DNA from: Auanema rhodensis
Taxonomy: Eukaryota; Animalia; Nematoda
Direction of reading: 5' to 3'
Assembly: GCA_964057225.1 (NCBI GenBank)
Contig: OZ059894.1
Span: forward strand, 22,816,001-22,880,000
Length of the DNA stretch: 64,000 bases
Under the pieces are notes generated by a model. The model was not told the DNA's origin. It did no database searches and worked only from the letters and a program-made list of their open reading frames with translations. Every line of letters begins with the position of its first letter. The stretch's first letter is position 1. A program made the position numbers and the translations under genes. This document shows, piece after piece, positions 12,201 to 27,199 of the stretch.

Positions 12201-15200
12201 ACACTCAACATTGCTTCCAAAAACATTTTGACAAAAATTTTTTCGAAAAATTTCAGAATAATTCAGCAAAAAGTAGATGATTTTAGATTCCATTTTTCAA
12301 GGCAAAGACGATGGACAATGTTATTCAACGAAAAAATCAATTCTTCAGGGTGAAAATCGAGGATATAAGTGTGAACTTATATCAGTTGATATCTCGGTGC
12401 ATTTTTAAGCTAGCTCAAATCTGATAACACAGATCGACGCAGCTTAAAAATCCGCATCGAATGCACTATACTACATTGAGAAACGATTAATACAAAAAAT
12501 AGTTATGATCGTTTGAAAAATGATGCATTAGTGTATGTTGAGTTTCCATGTACACTCAACATTGCTTCCAAAAACATTTTGACAAAAATTTTTTCGAAAA
12601 ATTTCAGAATAATTTAGCAAAAAGTAGATGTTTTTAGATTCCATTTTTCAAGGCAAAGACGATGGACAATGTTATTCAACGAAAAAATCAATTCTTCAGG
12701 GTGAAAATCGAGGATATAAGTGTGAACTTATATCAGTTGATATCTCGGTGTATTTTTAAGCTAGCGCAAATCTGATAACACAGATCGACGCAGCTTCAAA
12801 ATCCGCATCGAATGCACTATACTACATTGAAAAACGCTTAATACAAAAATTAGTTATTATCGTTTGAAAAATGATGCATTAGTGTATGTTGAGTTTCCAT
12901 GTACACTCAACATTGCTTCCAAAAACATTTTGACAAAAATTTTTTCGAAAAATTTCAGAATAATTTAGCAAAAAGTAGATGTTTTTAGATTCCATTTTTC
13001 AAGGCAAAGACGATGGACAATGTTATTCAACGAAAAAATCAATTCTTCAGGGTGAAAATCGAGGATATAAGTGTGAACTTATATCGGTTGATATCTCGGT
13101 GCATTTTTAAGCTAGCGCAAATCTGATAACACAGATCGACGCAGCTTAAAAATCCGCATCGAATGCACTATACTACATTGAGAAACGATTAATACAAAAA
13201 ATAGTTATGATCGTTTGAAAAATGATGCATTAGTGTATGTTGAGTTTCCATGTACACTCAACATTGCTTCCAAAAACATTTTGACAAAAATTTTTTCGAA
13301 AAATTTCAGAATAATTTAGCGAAAAGTAGATGTTTTTAAATTCCATTTTTCAAGGCAAAGACGATGGACAATGTTATTCAACGAAAAAATCAATTCTTCA
13401 GGGTGAAAATCGAGGATATAAGTGTGAACTTATATCAGTTGATATCTCGGTGCATTTTTAAGCTAGCGCAAATCTGATAACACAGATCGACGCAGCTTAA
13501 AAATCCGCATCGAATGCACTATACTACATTAAGAAACGCTTAATACAAAAATTAGTTATGATCGTTTGAAAAATGATGCATTAGTGTATGTTGAGTTTCC
13601 ATGTACACTCAACATTGCTTCCAAAAACATTTTGACAAAAATTTTTTCGAAAAATTTCAGAATAATTCAGCAAAAAGTAGATGATTTTAGATTCCATTTT
13701 TCAAGGCAAAGACGATGGACAATGTTATTCAACGAAAAAATCAATTCTTCAGGGTGAAAATCGAGGATATAAGTGTGAACTTATATCAGTTGATATCTCG
13801 GTGCATTTTTAAGCTAGCGCAAATCTGATAACACAGATCGACGCAGCTTAAAAATCCGCATCGAATGCACTATACTACATTGAGAAACGATTAATACAAA
13901 AAATAGTTATGATCGTTTGAAAAATGATGCATTAGTGTATGTTGAGTTTCCATGTACACTCAACATTGCTTCCAAAAACATTTTGACAAAAATTTTTTCG
14001 AAAAATTTCAGAATAATTTAGCAAAAAGTAGATGTTTTTAGATTCCATTTTTCAAGGCAAAGACGATGGACAATGTTATTCAACGAAAAAATCAATTCTT
14101 CAGGGTGAAAATCGAGGATATGAGTGTGAACTTATATCAGTTGATATCTCGGTGCATTTTTAAGCTAGCGCAAATCTGATAACACAGATCGACGCAGCTT
14201 AAAAATCCGCATCGAATGCACTATACTACATTGAGAAACGATTAATACAAAAATTAGTTATGATCGTTTGAAAAATGATGCATTAGTGTATGTTGAGTTT
14301 CCATGTACACTCAACATTGCTTCCAAAAACATTTTGACAAAAATTTTTTCGAAAAATTTCAGAATAATTTAGCGAAAAGTAGATGTTTTTAAATTCCATT
14401 TTTCAAGGCAAAGACGATGGACAATGTTATTCAACGAAAAAATCAATTCTTCAGGGTGAAAATCGAGGATATAAGTGTGAACTTATATCAGTTGATATCT
14501 CGGTGCATTTTTAAGCTAGCGCAAATCTGATAACACAGATCGACGCAGCTTAAAAATCCGCATCGAATGCACTATACTACATTAAGAAACGCTTAATACA
14601 AAAATTAGTTATGATCGTTTGAAAAATGATGCATTAGTGTATGTTGAGTTTCCATGTACACTCAACATTGCTTCCAAAAACATTTTGACAAAAATTTTTT
14701 CGAAAAATTTCAGAATAATTCAGCAAAAAGTAGATGATTTTAGATTCCATTTTTCAAGGCAAAGACGATGGACAATGTTATTCAACGAAAAAATCAATTC
14801 TTCAGGGTGAAAATCGAGGATATAAGTGTGAACTTATATCAGTTGATATCTCGGTGCATTTTTAAGCTAGCGCAAATCTGATAACACAGATCGACGCAGC
14901 TTAAAAATCCGCATCGAATGCACTATACTACATTGAGAAACGATTAATACAAAAAATAGTTATGATCGTTTGAAAAATGATGCATTAGTGTATGTTGAGT
15001 TTCCATGTACACTCAACATTGCTTCCAAAAACATTTTGACAAAAATTTTTTCGAAAAATTTCAGAATAATTTAGCAAAAAGTAGATGTTTTTAGATTCCA
15101 TTTTTCAAGGCAAAGACGATGGACAATGTTATTCAACGAAAAAATCAATTCTTCAGGGTGAAAATCGAGGATATAAGTGTGAACTTATATCAGTTGATAT

Positions 15201-18200
15201 CTCGGTGCATTTTTAAGCTAGCGCAAATCTGATAACACAGATCGACGCAGCTTAACAATCCGCATCGAATGCACTATACTACATTGAAAAACGCTTAATA
15301 CAAAAATTAGTTATGATCGTTTGAAAAATGATGCATTAGTGTATGTTGAGTTTCCATGTACACTCAACATTGCTTCCAAAAACATTTTGACAAAAATTTT
15401 TTCGAAAAATTTCAGAATAATTTAGCAAAAAGTAGATGTTTTTAAATTCCATTTTTCAAGGCAAAGACGATGGACAATGTTATTCAACGAAAAAATCAAT
15501 TCTTCAGGGTGAAAATCGAGGATATAAGTGTGAACTTATATCAGTTGATATCTCGGTGCATTTTTAAGCTAGCGCAAATCTGATAACACAGATCGACGCA
15601 GCTTAAAAATCCGCATCGAATGCACTATACCACATTGAGAAACGATTAATACAAAAAATAGTTATGATCGTTTGAAAAATGATGCATTAGTGTATGTTGA
15701 GTTTCCATGTACACTCAACATTGCTTCCAAAAACATTTTGACAAAAATTTTTTCGAAAAATTTCAGAATAATTTAGCGAAAAGTAGATGTTTTTAAATTT
15801 CATTTTTCAAGGCAAAGACGATGGACAATGTTATTCAACGAAAAAATCAATTCTTCAGGGTGAAAATCGAGGATATAAGTGTGAACTTATATCAGTTGAT
15901 ATCTCGGTGCATTTTTAAGCTAGCGCAAATCTGATAACACAGATCGACGCAGCTTAACAATCCGCATCGAATGCACTATACTACATTGAAAAACGCTTAA
16001 TACAAAAATTAGTTATGATCGTTTGAAAAATGATGCATTAGTGTATGTTGAGTTTCCATGTACACTCAACATTGCTTCCAAAAACATTTTGACAAAAATT
16101 TTTTCGAAAAATTTCAGAATAATTTAGCAAAAAGTATATGTTTTTAGATTCCATTTTTCAAGGCAAAGACGATGGACAATGTTATTCAACGAAAAAATCA
16201 ATTCTTCAGGGTGAAAATCGAGGATATAAGTGTGAACTTATATCAGTTGATATCTCGGTGCATTTTTAAGCTAGCGCAAATCTGATAACACAGATCGACG
16301 CAGCTTAAAAATCCGCATCGAATGCACTATACTACATTAAGAAACGCTTAATACAAAAATTAGTTATGATCGTTTGAAAAATGATGCATTAGTGTATGTT
16401 GAGTTTCCATGTACACTCAACATTGCTTCCAAAAACATTTTGACAAAAATTTTTTCGAAAAATTTCAGAATAATTCAGCAAAAAGTAGATGATTTTAGAT
16501 TTCATTTTTCAAGGCAAAGACGATGAATAATGTTATTCAACGAAAAAATTATTTCTTCAGGGTGAAAATCGAGGATATAAGTGTGAACTTATATCAGTTG
16601 ATATCTCGGTGCATTTTTAAGCTAGCGCAAATCTGATAACACAGATCGACGCAGCTTAACAATCCGCATCGAATGCACTATACTACATTAAGAAACGCTT
16701 AATACAAAAATTAGTTATGATCGTTTGAAAAATGATGCATTAGTGTATGTTGAGTTTCCATGTACACTCAACATTGCTTCCAAAAACATTTTGACAAAAA
16801 TTTTTTCGAAAAATTTCAGAATAATTTAGCGAAAAGTAGATGTTTTTAAATTCCATTTTTCAAGGCAAAGACGATGGACAATGTTATTCAACGAAAAAAT
16901 CAATTCTTCAGGGTGAAAATCGAGGATATGAGTGTGAACTTATATCAGTTGATATCTCGGTGCATTTTTAAGCTAGCGCAAATCTGATAACACAGATCGA
17001 CGCAGCTTAAAAATCCGCATCGAATGCACTATACTACATTAAGAAACGCTTAATACAAAAATTAGTTATGATCGTTTGAAAAATGATGCATTAGTGTATG
17101 TTGAGTTTCCATGTACACTCAACATTGCTTCCAAAAACATTTTGACAAAAATTTTTTCGAAAAATTTCAGAATAATTCAGCAAAAAGTAGATGATTTTAG
17201 ATTCCATTTTTCAAGGCAAAGACGATGGACAATGTTATTCAACGAAAAAATCAATTCTTCAGGGTGAAAATCGAGGATATAAGTGTGAACTTATATCAGT
17301 TGATATCTCGGTGCATTTTTAAGCTAGCGCAAATCTGATAACACAGATCGACGCAGCTTAAAAATCCGCATCGAATGCACTATACTACATTGAGAAACGA
17401 TTAATACAAAAAATAGTTATGATCGTTTGAAAAATGATGCATTAGTGTATGTTGAGTTTCCATGTACACTCAACATTGCTTCCAAAAACATTTTGACAAA
17501 AATTTTTTCGAAAAATTTCAGAATAATTTAGCAAAAAGTAGATGTTTTTAAATTCCATTTTTCAAGGCAAAGACGATGGACAATGTTATTCAACGAAAAA
17601 ATCAATTCTTCAGGGTGAAAATCGAGGATATAAGTGTGAACTTATATCAGTTGATATCTCGGTGCATTTTTAAGCTAGCGCAAATCTGATAACACAGATC
17701 GACGCAGCTTAAAAATCCGCATCGAATGCACTATACTACATTGAGAAACGATTAATACAAAAAATAGTTATGATCGTTTGAAAAATGATGCATTAGTGTA
17801 TGTTGAGTTTCCATGTACACTCAACATTGCTTCCAAAAACATTTTGACAAAAATTTTTTCGAAAAATTTCAGAATAATTTAGCGAAAAGTAGATGTTTTT
17901 AAATTCCATTTTTCAAGGCAAAGACGATGGACAATGTTATTCAACGAAAAAATCAATTCTTCAGGGTGAAAATCGAGGATATAAGTGTGAACTTATATCA
18001 GTTGATATCTCGGTGCATTTTTAAGCTAGCGCAAATCTGATAACACAGATCGACGCAGCTTAACAATCCGCATCGAATGCACTATACTACATTGAAAAAC
18101 GCTTAATACAAAAATTAGTTATGATCGTTTGAAAAATGATGCATTAGTGTATGTTGAGTTTCCATGTACACTCAACATTGCTTCCAAAAACATTTTGACA

Positions 18201-21200
18201 AAAATTTTTTCGAAAAATTTCAGAATAATTTAGCAAAAAGTATATGTTTTTAGATTCCATTTTTCAAGGCAAAGACGATGGACAATGTTATTCAACGAAA
18301 AAATCAATTCTTCAGGGTGAAAATCGAGGATATAAGTGTGAACTTATATCAGTTGATATCTCGGTGCATTTTTAAGCTAGCGCAAATCTGATAACACAGA
18401 TCGACGCAGCTTAAAAATCCGCATCGAATGCACTATACTACATTAAGAAACGCTTAATACAAAAATTAGTTATGATCGTTTGAAAAATGATGCATTAGTG
18501 TATGTTGAGTTTCCATGTACACTCAACATTGCTTCCAAAAACATTTTGACAAAAATTTTTTCGAAAAATTTCAGAATAATTCAGCAAAAAGTAGATGATT
18601 TTAGATTTCATTTTTCAAGGCAAAGACGATGAATAATGTTATTCAACGAAAAAATTAATTCTTCAGGGTGAAAATCGAGGATATAAGTGTGAACTTATAT
18701 CAGTTGATATCTCGGTGCATTTTTAAGCTAGCGCAAATCTGATAACACAGATCGACGCAGCTTAACAATCCGCATCGAATGCACTATACTACATTAAGAA
18801 ACGCTTAATACAAAAATTAGTTATGATCGTTTGAAAAATGATGCATTAGTGTGTGTTGAGTTTCCATGTACACTCAACATTGCTTCCAAAAACATTTTGA
18901 CAAAAATTTTTTCGAAAAATTTCAGAATAATTTAGCAAAAAGTAGATGTTTTTAGATTCCATTTTTCAAGGCAAAGACGATGGACAATGTTATTCAACGA
19001 AAAAATCAATTCTTCAGGGTGAAAATCGAGGATATGAGTGTGAACTTATATCAGTTGATATCTCGGTGCATTTTTAAGCTAGCGCAAATCTGATAACACA
19101 GATCGACGCAGCTTAAAAATCCGCATCGAATGCACTATACTACATTGAGAAACGATTAATACAAAAATTAGTTATGATCGTTTGAAAAATGATGCATTAG
19201 TGTATGTTGAGTTTCCATGTACACTCAACATTGCTTCCAAAAACATTTTGACAAAAATTTTTTCGAAAAATTTCAGAATAATTCAGCAAAAAGTAGATGA
19301 TTTTAGATTTCATTTTTCAAGGCAAAGACGATGAATAATGTTATTCAACGAAAAAATTAATTCTTCAGGGTGAAAATCGAGGATATAAGTGTGAACTTAT
19401 ATCAGTTGATATCTCGGTGCATTTTTAAGCTAGCGCAAATCTGATAACACAGATCGACGCAGCTTAACAATCCGCATCGAATGCACTATACTACATTAAG
19501 AAACGCTTAATACAAAAATTAGTTATGATCGTTTGAAAAATGATGCATTAGTGTATGTTGAGTTTCCATGTACACTCAACATTGCTTCCAAAAACATTTT
19601 GACAAAAATTTTTTCGAAAAATTTCAGAATAATTTAGCAAAAAGTAGATGTTTTTAGATTCCATTTTTCAAGGCAAAGACGATGGACAATGTTATTCAAC
19701 GAAAAAATCAATTCTTCAGGGTGAAAATCGAGGATATGAGTGTGAACTTATATCAGTTGATATCTCGGTGCATTTTTAAGCTAGCGCAAATCTGATAACA
19801 CAGATCGACGCAGCTTAAAAATCCGCATCGAATGCACTATACTACATTGAGAAACGATTAATACAAAAATTAGTTATGATCGTTTGAAAAATGATGCATT
19901 AGTGTATGTTGAGTTTCCATGTACACTCAACATTGCTTCCAAAAACATTTTGACAAAAATTTTTTCGAAAAATTTCAGAATAATTTAGCGAAAAGTAGAT
20001 GTTTTTGAATTCCATTTTTCAAGGCAAAGACGATGGACAATGTTATTCAACGAAAAAATCAATTCTTCAGGGTGAAAATCGAGGATATGAGTGTGAACTT
20101 ATATCAGTTGATATCTCGGTGCATTTTTAAGCTAGCGCAAATCTGATAACACAGATCGACGCAGCTTAAAAATCCGCATCGAATGCACTATACTACATTA
20201 AGAAACGCTTAATACAAAAATTAGTTATGATCGTTTGAAAAATGATGCATTAGTGTATGTTGAGTTTCCATGTACACTCAACATTGCTTCCAAAAACATT
20301 TTGACAAAAATTTTTTCGAAAAATTTCAGAATAATTCAGCAAAAAGTAGATGATTTTAGATTCCATTTTTCAAGGCAAAGACGATGGACAATGTTATTCA
20401 ACGAAAAAATCAATTCTTCAGGGTGAAAATCGAGGATATAAGTGTGCACTTATATCAGTTGATATCTCGGTGCATTTTTAAGCTAGCGCAAATCTGATAA
20501 CACAGATCGACGCAGCTTAAAAATCCGCATCGAATGCACTATACTACATTGAGAAACGATTAATACAAAAAATAGTTATGATCGTTTGAAAAATGATGCA
20601 TTAGTGTATGTTGAGTTTCCATGTACACTCAACATTGCTTCCAAAAACATTTTGACAAAAATTTTTTCGAAAAATTTCAGAATAATTTAGCAAAAAGTAG
20701 ATGTTTTTAAATTCCATTTTTCAAGGCAAAGACGATGGACAATGTTATTCAACGAAAAAATCAATTCTTCAGGGTGAAAATCGAGGATATAAGTGTGAAC
20801 TTATATCAGTTGATATCTCGGTGCATTTTTAAGCTAGCGCAAATCTGATAACACAGATCGACGCAGCTTAAAAATCCGCATCGAATGCACTATACTACAT
20901 TGAGAAACGATTAATACAAAAAATAGTTATGATCGTTTGAAAAATGATGCATTAGTGTATGTTGAGTTTCCATGTACACTCAACATTGCTTCCAAAAACA
21001 TTTTGACAAAAATTTTTTCGAAAAATTTCAGAATAATTTAGCGAAAAGTAGATGTTTTTAAATTCCATTTTTCAAGGCAAAGACGATGGACAATGTTATT
21101 CAACGAAAAAATCAATTCTTCAGGGTGAAAATCGAGGATATAAGTGTGAACTTATATCAGTTGATATCTCGGTGCATTTTTAAGCTAGCGCAAATCTGAT

Positions 21201-24200
21201 AACACAGATCGACGCAGCTTAACAATCCGCATCGAATGCACTATACTACATTGAAAAACGCTTAATACAAAAATTAGTTATGATCGTTTGAAAAATGATG
21301 CATTAGTGTATGTTGAGTTTCCATCTACACTCAACATTGCTTCCAAAAACATTTTGACAAAAATTTTTTCGAAAAATTTCAGAATAATTTAGCAAAAAGT
21401 ATATGTTTTTAGATTCCATTTTTCAAGGCAAAGACGATGGACAATGTTATTCAACGAAAAAATCAATTCTTCAGGGTGAAAATCGAGGATATAAGTGTGA
21501 ACTTATATCAGTTGATATCTCGGTGCATTTTTAAGCTAGCGCAAATCTGATAACACAGATCGACGCAGCTTAAAAATCCGCATCGAATGCACTATACTAC
21601 ATTAAGAAACGCTTAATACAAAAATTAGTTATGATCGTTTGAAAAATGATGCATTAGTGTATGTTGAGTTTCCATGTACACTCAACATTGCTTCCAAAAA
21701 CATTTTGACAAAAATTTTTTCGAAAAATTTCAGAATAATTCAGCAAAAAGTAGATGATTTTAGATTTCATTTTTCAAGGCAAAGACGATGAATAATGTTA
21801 TTCAACGAAAAAATTAATTCTTCAGGGTGAAAATCGAGGATATAAGTGTGAACTTATATCAGTTGATATCTCGGTGCATTTTTAAGCTAGCGCAAATCTG
21901 ATAACACAGATCGACGCAGCTTAACAATCCGCATCGAATGCACTATACTACATTAAGAAACGCTTAATACAAAAATTAGTTATGATCGTTTGAAAAATGA
22001 TGCATTAGTGTATGTTGAGTTTCCATGTACACTCAACATTGCTTCCAAAAACATTTTGACAAAAATTTTTTCGAAAAATTTCAGAATAATTTAGCAAAAA
22101 GTAGATGTTTTTAGATTCCATTTTTCAAGGCAAAGACGATGGACAATGTTATTCAACGAAAAAATCAATTCTTCAGGGTGAAAATCGAGGATATGAGTGT
22201 GAACTTATATCAGTTGATATCTCGGTGCATTTTTAAGCTAGCGCAAATCTGATAACACAGATCGACGCAGCTTAAAAATCCGCATCGAATGCACTATACT
22301 ACATTGAGAAACGATTAATACAAAAATTAGTTATGATCGTTTGAAAAATGATGCATTAGTGTATGTTGAGTTTCCATGTACACTCAACATTGCTTCCAAA
22401 AACATTTTGACAAAAATTTTTTCGAAAAATTTCAGAATAATTTAGCAAAAAGTAGATGTTTTTAGATTCCATTTTTCAAGGCAAAGACGATGGACAATGT
22501 TATTCAACGAAAAAATCAATTCTTCAGGGTGAAAATCGAGGATATAAGTGTGAACTTATATCAGTTGATATCTCGGTGCATTTTTAAGCTAGCGCAAATC
22601 TGATAACACAGATCGACGCAGCTTAAAAATCCGCATCGAATGCACTATACTACATTGAAAAACGCTTAATACAAAAATTAGTTATGATCGTTTGAAAAAT
22701 GATGCATTAGTGTATGTTGAGTTTCCATGTACACTCAACATTGCTTCCAAAAACATTTTGACAAAAATTTTTTCGAAAAATTTCAGAATAATTCAGCAAA
22801 AAGTAGATGATTTTAGATTTCATTTTTCAAGGCAAAGACGATGAATAATGTTATTCAACGAAAAAATTAATTCTTCAGGGTGAAAATCGAGGATATAAGT
22901 GTGAACTTATATCAGTTGATATCTCGGTGCATTTTTAAGCTAGCGCAAATCTGATAACACAGATCGACGCAGCTTAACAATCCGCATCGAATGCACTATA
23001 CTACATTGAAAAACGCTTAATACAAAAATTAGTTATGATCGTTTGAAAAATGATGCTTTAGTGTATGTTGAGTTTCCATGTACACTCAACATTGCTTCCA
23101 AAAACATTTTGACAAAAATTTTTTCGAAAAATTTCAGAATAATTTAGCAAAAAGTAGATGTTTTTAGATTCCATTTTTCAAGGCAAAGACGATGGACAAT
23201 GTTATTCAACGAAAAAATCAATTCTTCAGGGTGAAAATCGAGGATATGAGTGTGAACTTATATCAGTTGATATCTCGGTGCATTTTTAAGCTAGCGCAAA
23301 TCTGATAACACAGATCGACGCAGCTTAAAAATCCGCATCGAATGCACTATACTACATTGAGAAACGATTAATACAAAAATTAGTTATGATCGTTTGAAAA
23401 ATGATGCATTAGTGTATGTTGAGTTTCCATGTACACTCAACATTGCTTCCAAAAACATTTTGACAAAAATTTTTTCGAAAAATTTCAGAATAATTTAGCA
23501 AAAAGTAGATGTTTTTAGATTCCATTTTTCAAGGCAAAGACGATGGACAATGTTATTCAACGAAAAAATTAATTCTTCAGGGTGAAAATCGAGGATATAA
23601 GTGTGAACTTATATCAGTTGATATCTCGGTGCATTTTTAAGCTAGCGCAAATCTGATAACACAGATCGACGCAGCTTAAAAATCCGCATCGAATGCACTA
23701 TACTACATTGAAAAACGCTTAATACAAAAATTAGTTATGATCGTTTGAAAAATGATGCATTAGTGTATGTTGAGTTTCCATGTACACTCAACATTGCTTC
23801 CAAAAACATTTTGACAAAAATTTTTTCGAAAAATTTCAGAATAATTCAGCAAAAAGTAGATGATTTTAGATTTCATTTTTCAAGGCAAAGACGATGAATA
23901 ATGTTATTCAACGAAAAAATTAATTCTTCAGGGTGAAAATCGAGGATATAAGTGTGAACTTATATCAGTTGATATCTCGGTGCATTTTTAAGCTAGCGCA
24001 AATCTGATAACACAGATCGACGCAGCTTAACAATCCGCATCGAATGCACTATACTACATTGAAAAACGCTTAATACAAAAATTAGTTATGATCGTTTGAA
24101 AAATGATGCTTTAGTGTATGTTGAGTTTCCATGTACACTCAACATTGCTTCCAAAAACATTTTGACAAAAATTTTTTCGAAAAATTTCAGAATAATTTAG

Positions 24201-27199
24201 CAAAAAGTAGATGTTTTTAGATTCCATTTTTCAAGGCAAAGACGATGGACAATGTTATTCAACGAAAAAATCAATTCTTCAGGGTGAAAATCGAGGATAT
24301 GAGTGTGAACTTATATCAGTTGATATCTCGGTGCATTTTTAAGCTAGCGCAAATCTGATAACACAGATCGACGCAGCTTAAAAATCCGCATCGAATGCAC
24401 TATACTACATTGAGAAACGATTAATACAAAAATTAGTTATGATCGTTTGAAAAATGATGCATTAGTGTATGTTGAGTTTCCATGTACACTCAACATTGCT
24501 TCCAAAAACATTTTGACAAAAATTTTTTCGAAAAATTTCAGAATAATTTAGCAAAAAGTAGATGTTTTTAGATTCCATTTTTCAAGGCAAAGACGATGGA
24601 CAATGTTATTCAACGAAAAAATCAATTCTTCAGGGTGAAAATCGAGGATATAAGTGTGAACTTATATCGGTTGATATCTCGGTGCATTTTTAAGCTAGCG
24701 CAAATCTGATAACACAGATCGACGCAGCTTAAAAATCCGCATCGAATGCACTATACTACATTGAGAAACGATTAATACAAAAAATAGTTATGATCGTTTG
24801 AAAAATGATGCATTAGTGTATGTTGAGTTTCCATGTACACTCAACATTGCTTCCAAAAACATTTTGACAAAAATTTTTTCGAAAAATTTCAGAATAATTT
24901 AGCGAAAAGTAGATGTTTTTAAATTCCATTTTTCAAGGCAAAGACGATGGACAATGTTATTCAACGAAAAAATCAATTCTTCAGGGTGAAAATCGAGGAT
25001 ATAAGTGTGAACTTATATCAGTTGATATCTCGGTGCATTTTTAAGCTAGCGCAAATCTGATAACACAGATCGACGCAGCTTAAAAATCCGCATCGAATGC
25101 ACTATACTATATTGAGAAACGCTTAATACAAAAATTAGTTATGATCGTTTGAAAAATGATGCATTAGTGTATGTTGAGTTTCCATGTACACTCAACATTG
25201 CTTCCAAAAACATTTTGACAAAAATTTTTTCGAAAAATTTCAGAATAATTTAGCAAAAAGTAGATGTTTTTAGATTCCATTTTTCAAGGCAAAGACGATG
25301 GACAATGTTATTCAACGAAAAAATCAATTCTTCAGGGTGAAAATCGAGGATATAAGTGTGAACTTATATCAGTTGATATCTCGGTGCATTTTTAAGCTAG
25401 CGCAAATCTGATAACACAGATCGACGCAGCTTAAAAATCCGCATCGAATGCACTATACTACATTAAGAAACGCTTAATACAAAAATTAGTTATGATCGTT
25501 TGAAAAATGATGCATTAGTGTATGTTGAGTTTCCATGTACACTCAACATTGCTTCCAAAAACATTTTGACAAAAATTTTTTCGAAAAATTTCAGAATAAT
25601 TCAGCAAAAAGTAGATGATTTTAGATTTCATTTTTCAAGGCAAAGACGATGAACAATGTTATTCAACGAAAAAATTAATTCTTCAGGGTGAAAATCGAGG
25701 ATATAAGTGTGAACTTATATCAGTTGATATCTCGGTGCATTTTTAAGCTAGCGCAAATCTGATAACACAGATCGACGCAGCTTAACAATCCGCATCGAAT
25801 GCACTATACTACATTGAAAAACGCTTAATACAAAAATTAGTTATGATCGTTTGAAAAATGATGCTTTAGTGTATGTTGAGTTTCCATGTACACTCAAGAT
25901 TGCTTCCAAAAACATTTTGACAAAAATTTTTTCGAAAAATTTCGGAATAATTTAGCAAAAAGTAGATGTTTTTAGATTCCATTTTTCAAGGCAAAGACGA
26001 TGGACAATGTTATTCAACGAAAAAATTAATTCTTCAGGGTGAAAATCGAGGATATAAGTGTGAACTTATATCAGTTGATATCTCGGTGCATTTTTAAGCT
26101 AGCGCAAATCTGATAACACAGATCGACGCAGCTTAACAATCCGCATCGAATGCACTATACTACATTGAAAAACGCTTAATACAAAAATTAGTTATGATCG
26201 TTTGAAAAATGATGCTTTAGTGTATGTTGAGTTTCCATGTACACTCAACATTGCTTCCAAAAACATTTTGACAAAAATTTTTTCGAAAAATTTCAGAATA
26301 ATTTAGCAAAAAGTAGATGTTTTTAGATTCCATTTTTCAAGGCAAAGACGATGGACAATGTTATTCAACGAAAAAATTAATTCTTCAGGGTGAAAATCGA
26401 GGATATAAGTGTGAACTTATATCAGTTGATATCTCGGTGCATTTTTAAGCTAGCGCAAATCTGATAACACAGATCGACGCAGCTTAAAAATCCGCATCGA
26501 ATGCACTATACTACATTGAGAAACGATTAATACAAAAATTAGTTATGATCGTTTGAAAAATGATGCATTAGTGTATGTTGAGTTTCCATGTACACTCAAC
26601 ATTGCTTCCAAAAACATTTTGACAAAAATTTTTTCGAAAAATTTCAGAATAATTTAGCAAAAAGTAGATGTTTTTAGATTCCATTTTTCAAGGCAAAGAC
26701 GATGGACAATGTTATTCAACGAAAAAATTAATTCTTCAGGGTGAAAATCGAGGATATAAGTGTGAACTTATATCAGTTGATATCTCGGTGCATTTTTAAG
26801 CTAGCGCAAATCTGATAACACAGATCGACGCAGCTTAAAAATCCGCATCGAATGCACTATACTATATTGAGAAACGCTTAATACAAAAATTAGTTATGAT
26901 CGTTTGAAAAATGATGCATTAGTGTATGTTGAGTTTCCATGTACACTCAACATTGCTTCCAAAAACATTTTGACAAAAATTTTTTCGAAAAATTTCAGAA
27001 TAATTCAGCAAAAAGTAGATGATTTTAGATTTCATTTTTCAAGGCAAAGACGATGAACAATGTTATTCAACGAAAAAATTAATTCTTCAGGGTGAAAATC
27101 GAGGATATAAGTGTGAACTTATATCAGTTGATATCTCGGTGCATTTTTAAGCTAGCGCAAATCTGATAACACAGATCGACGCAGCTTAAAAATCCGCAT

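Noticed and set aside
1632-20426. Fourteen identical 63-aa ORFs
   Set aside because: TTG start; open only where AATTCAGC/GATGATTTT variants remove stops; most monomers are interrupted; no recognisable protein motif.
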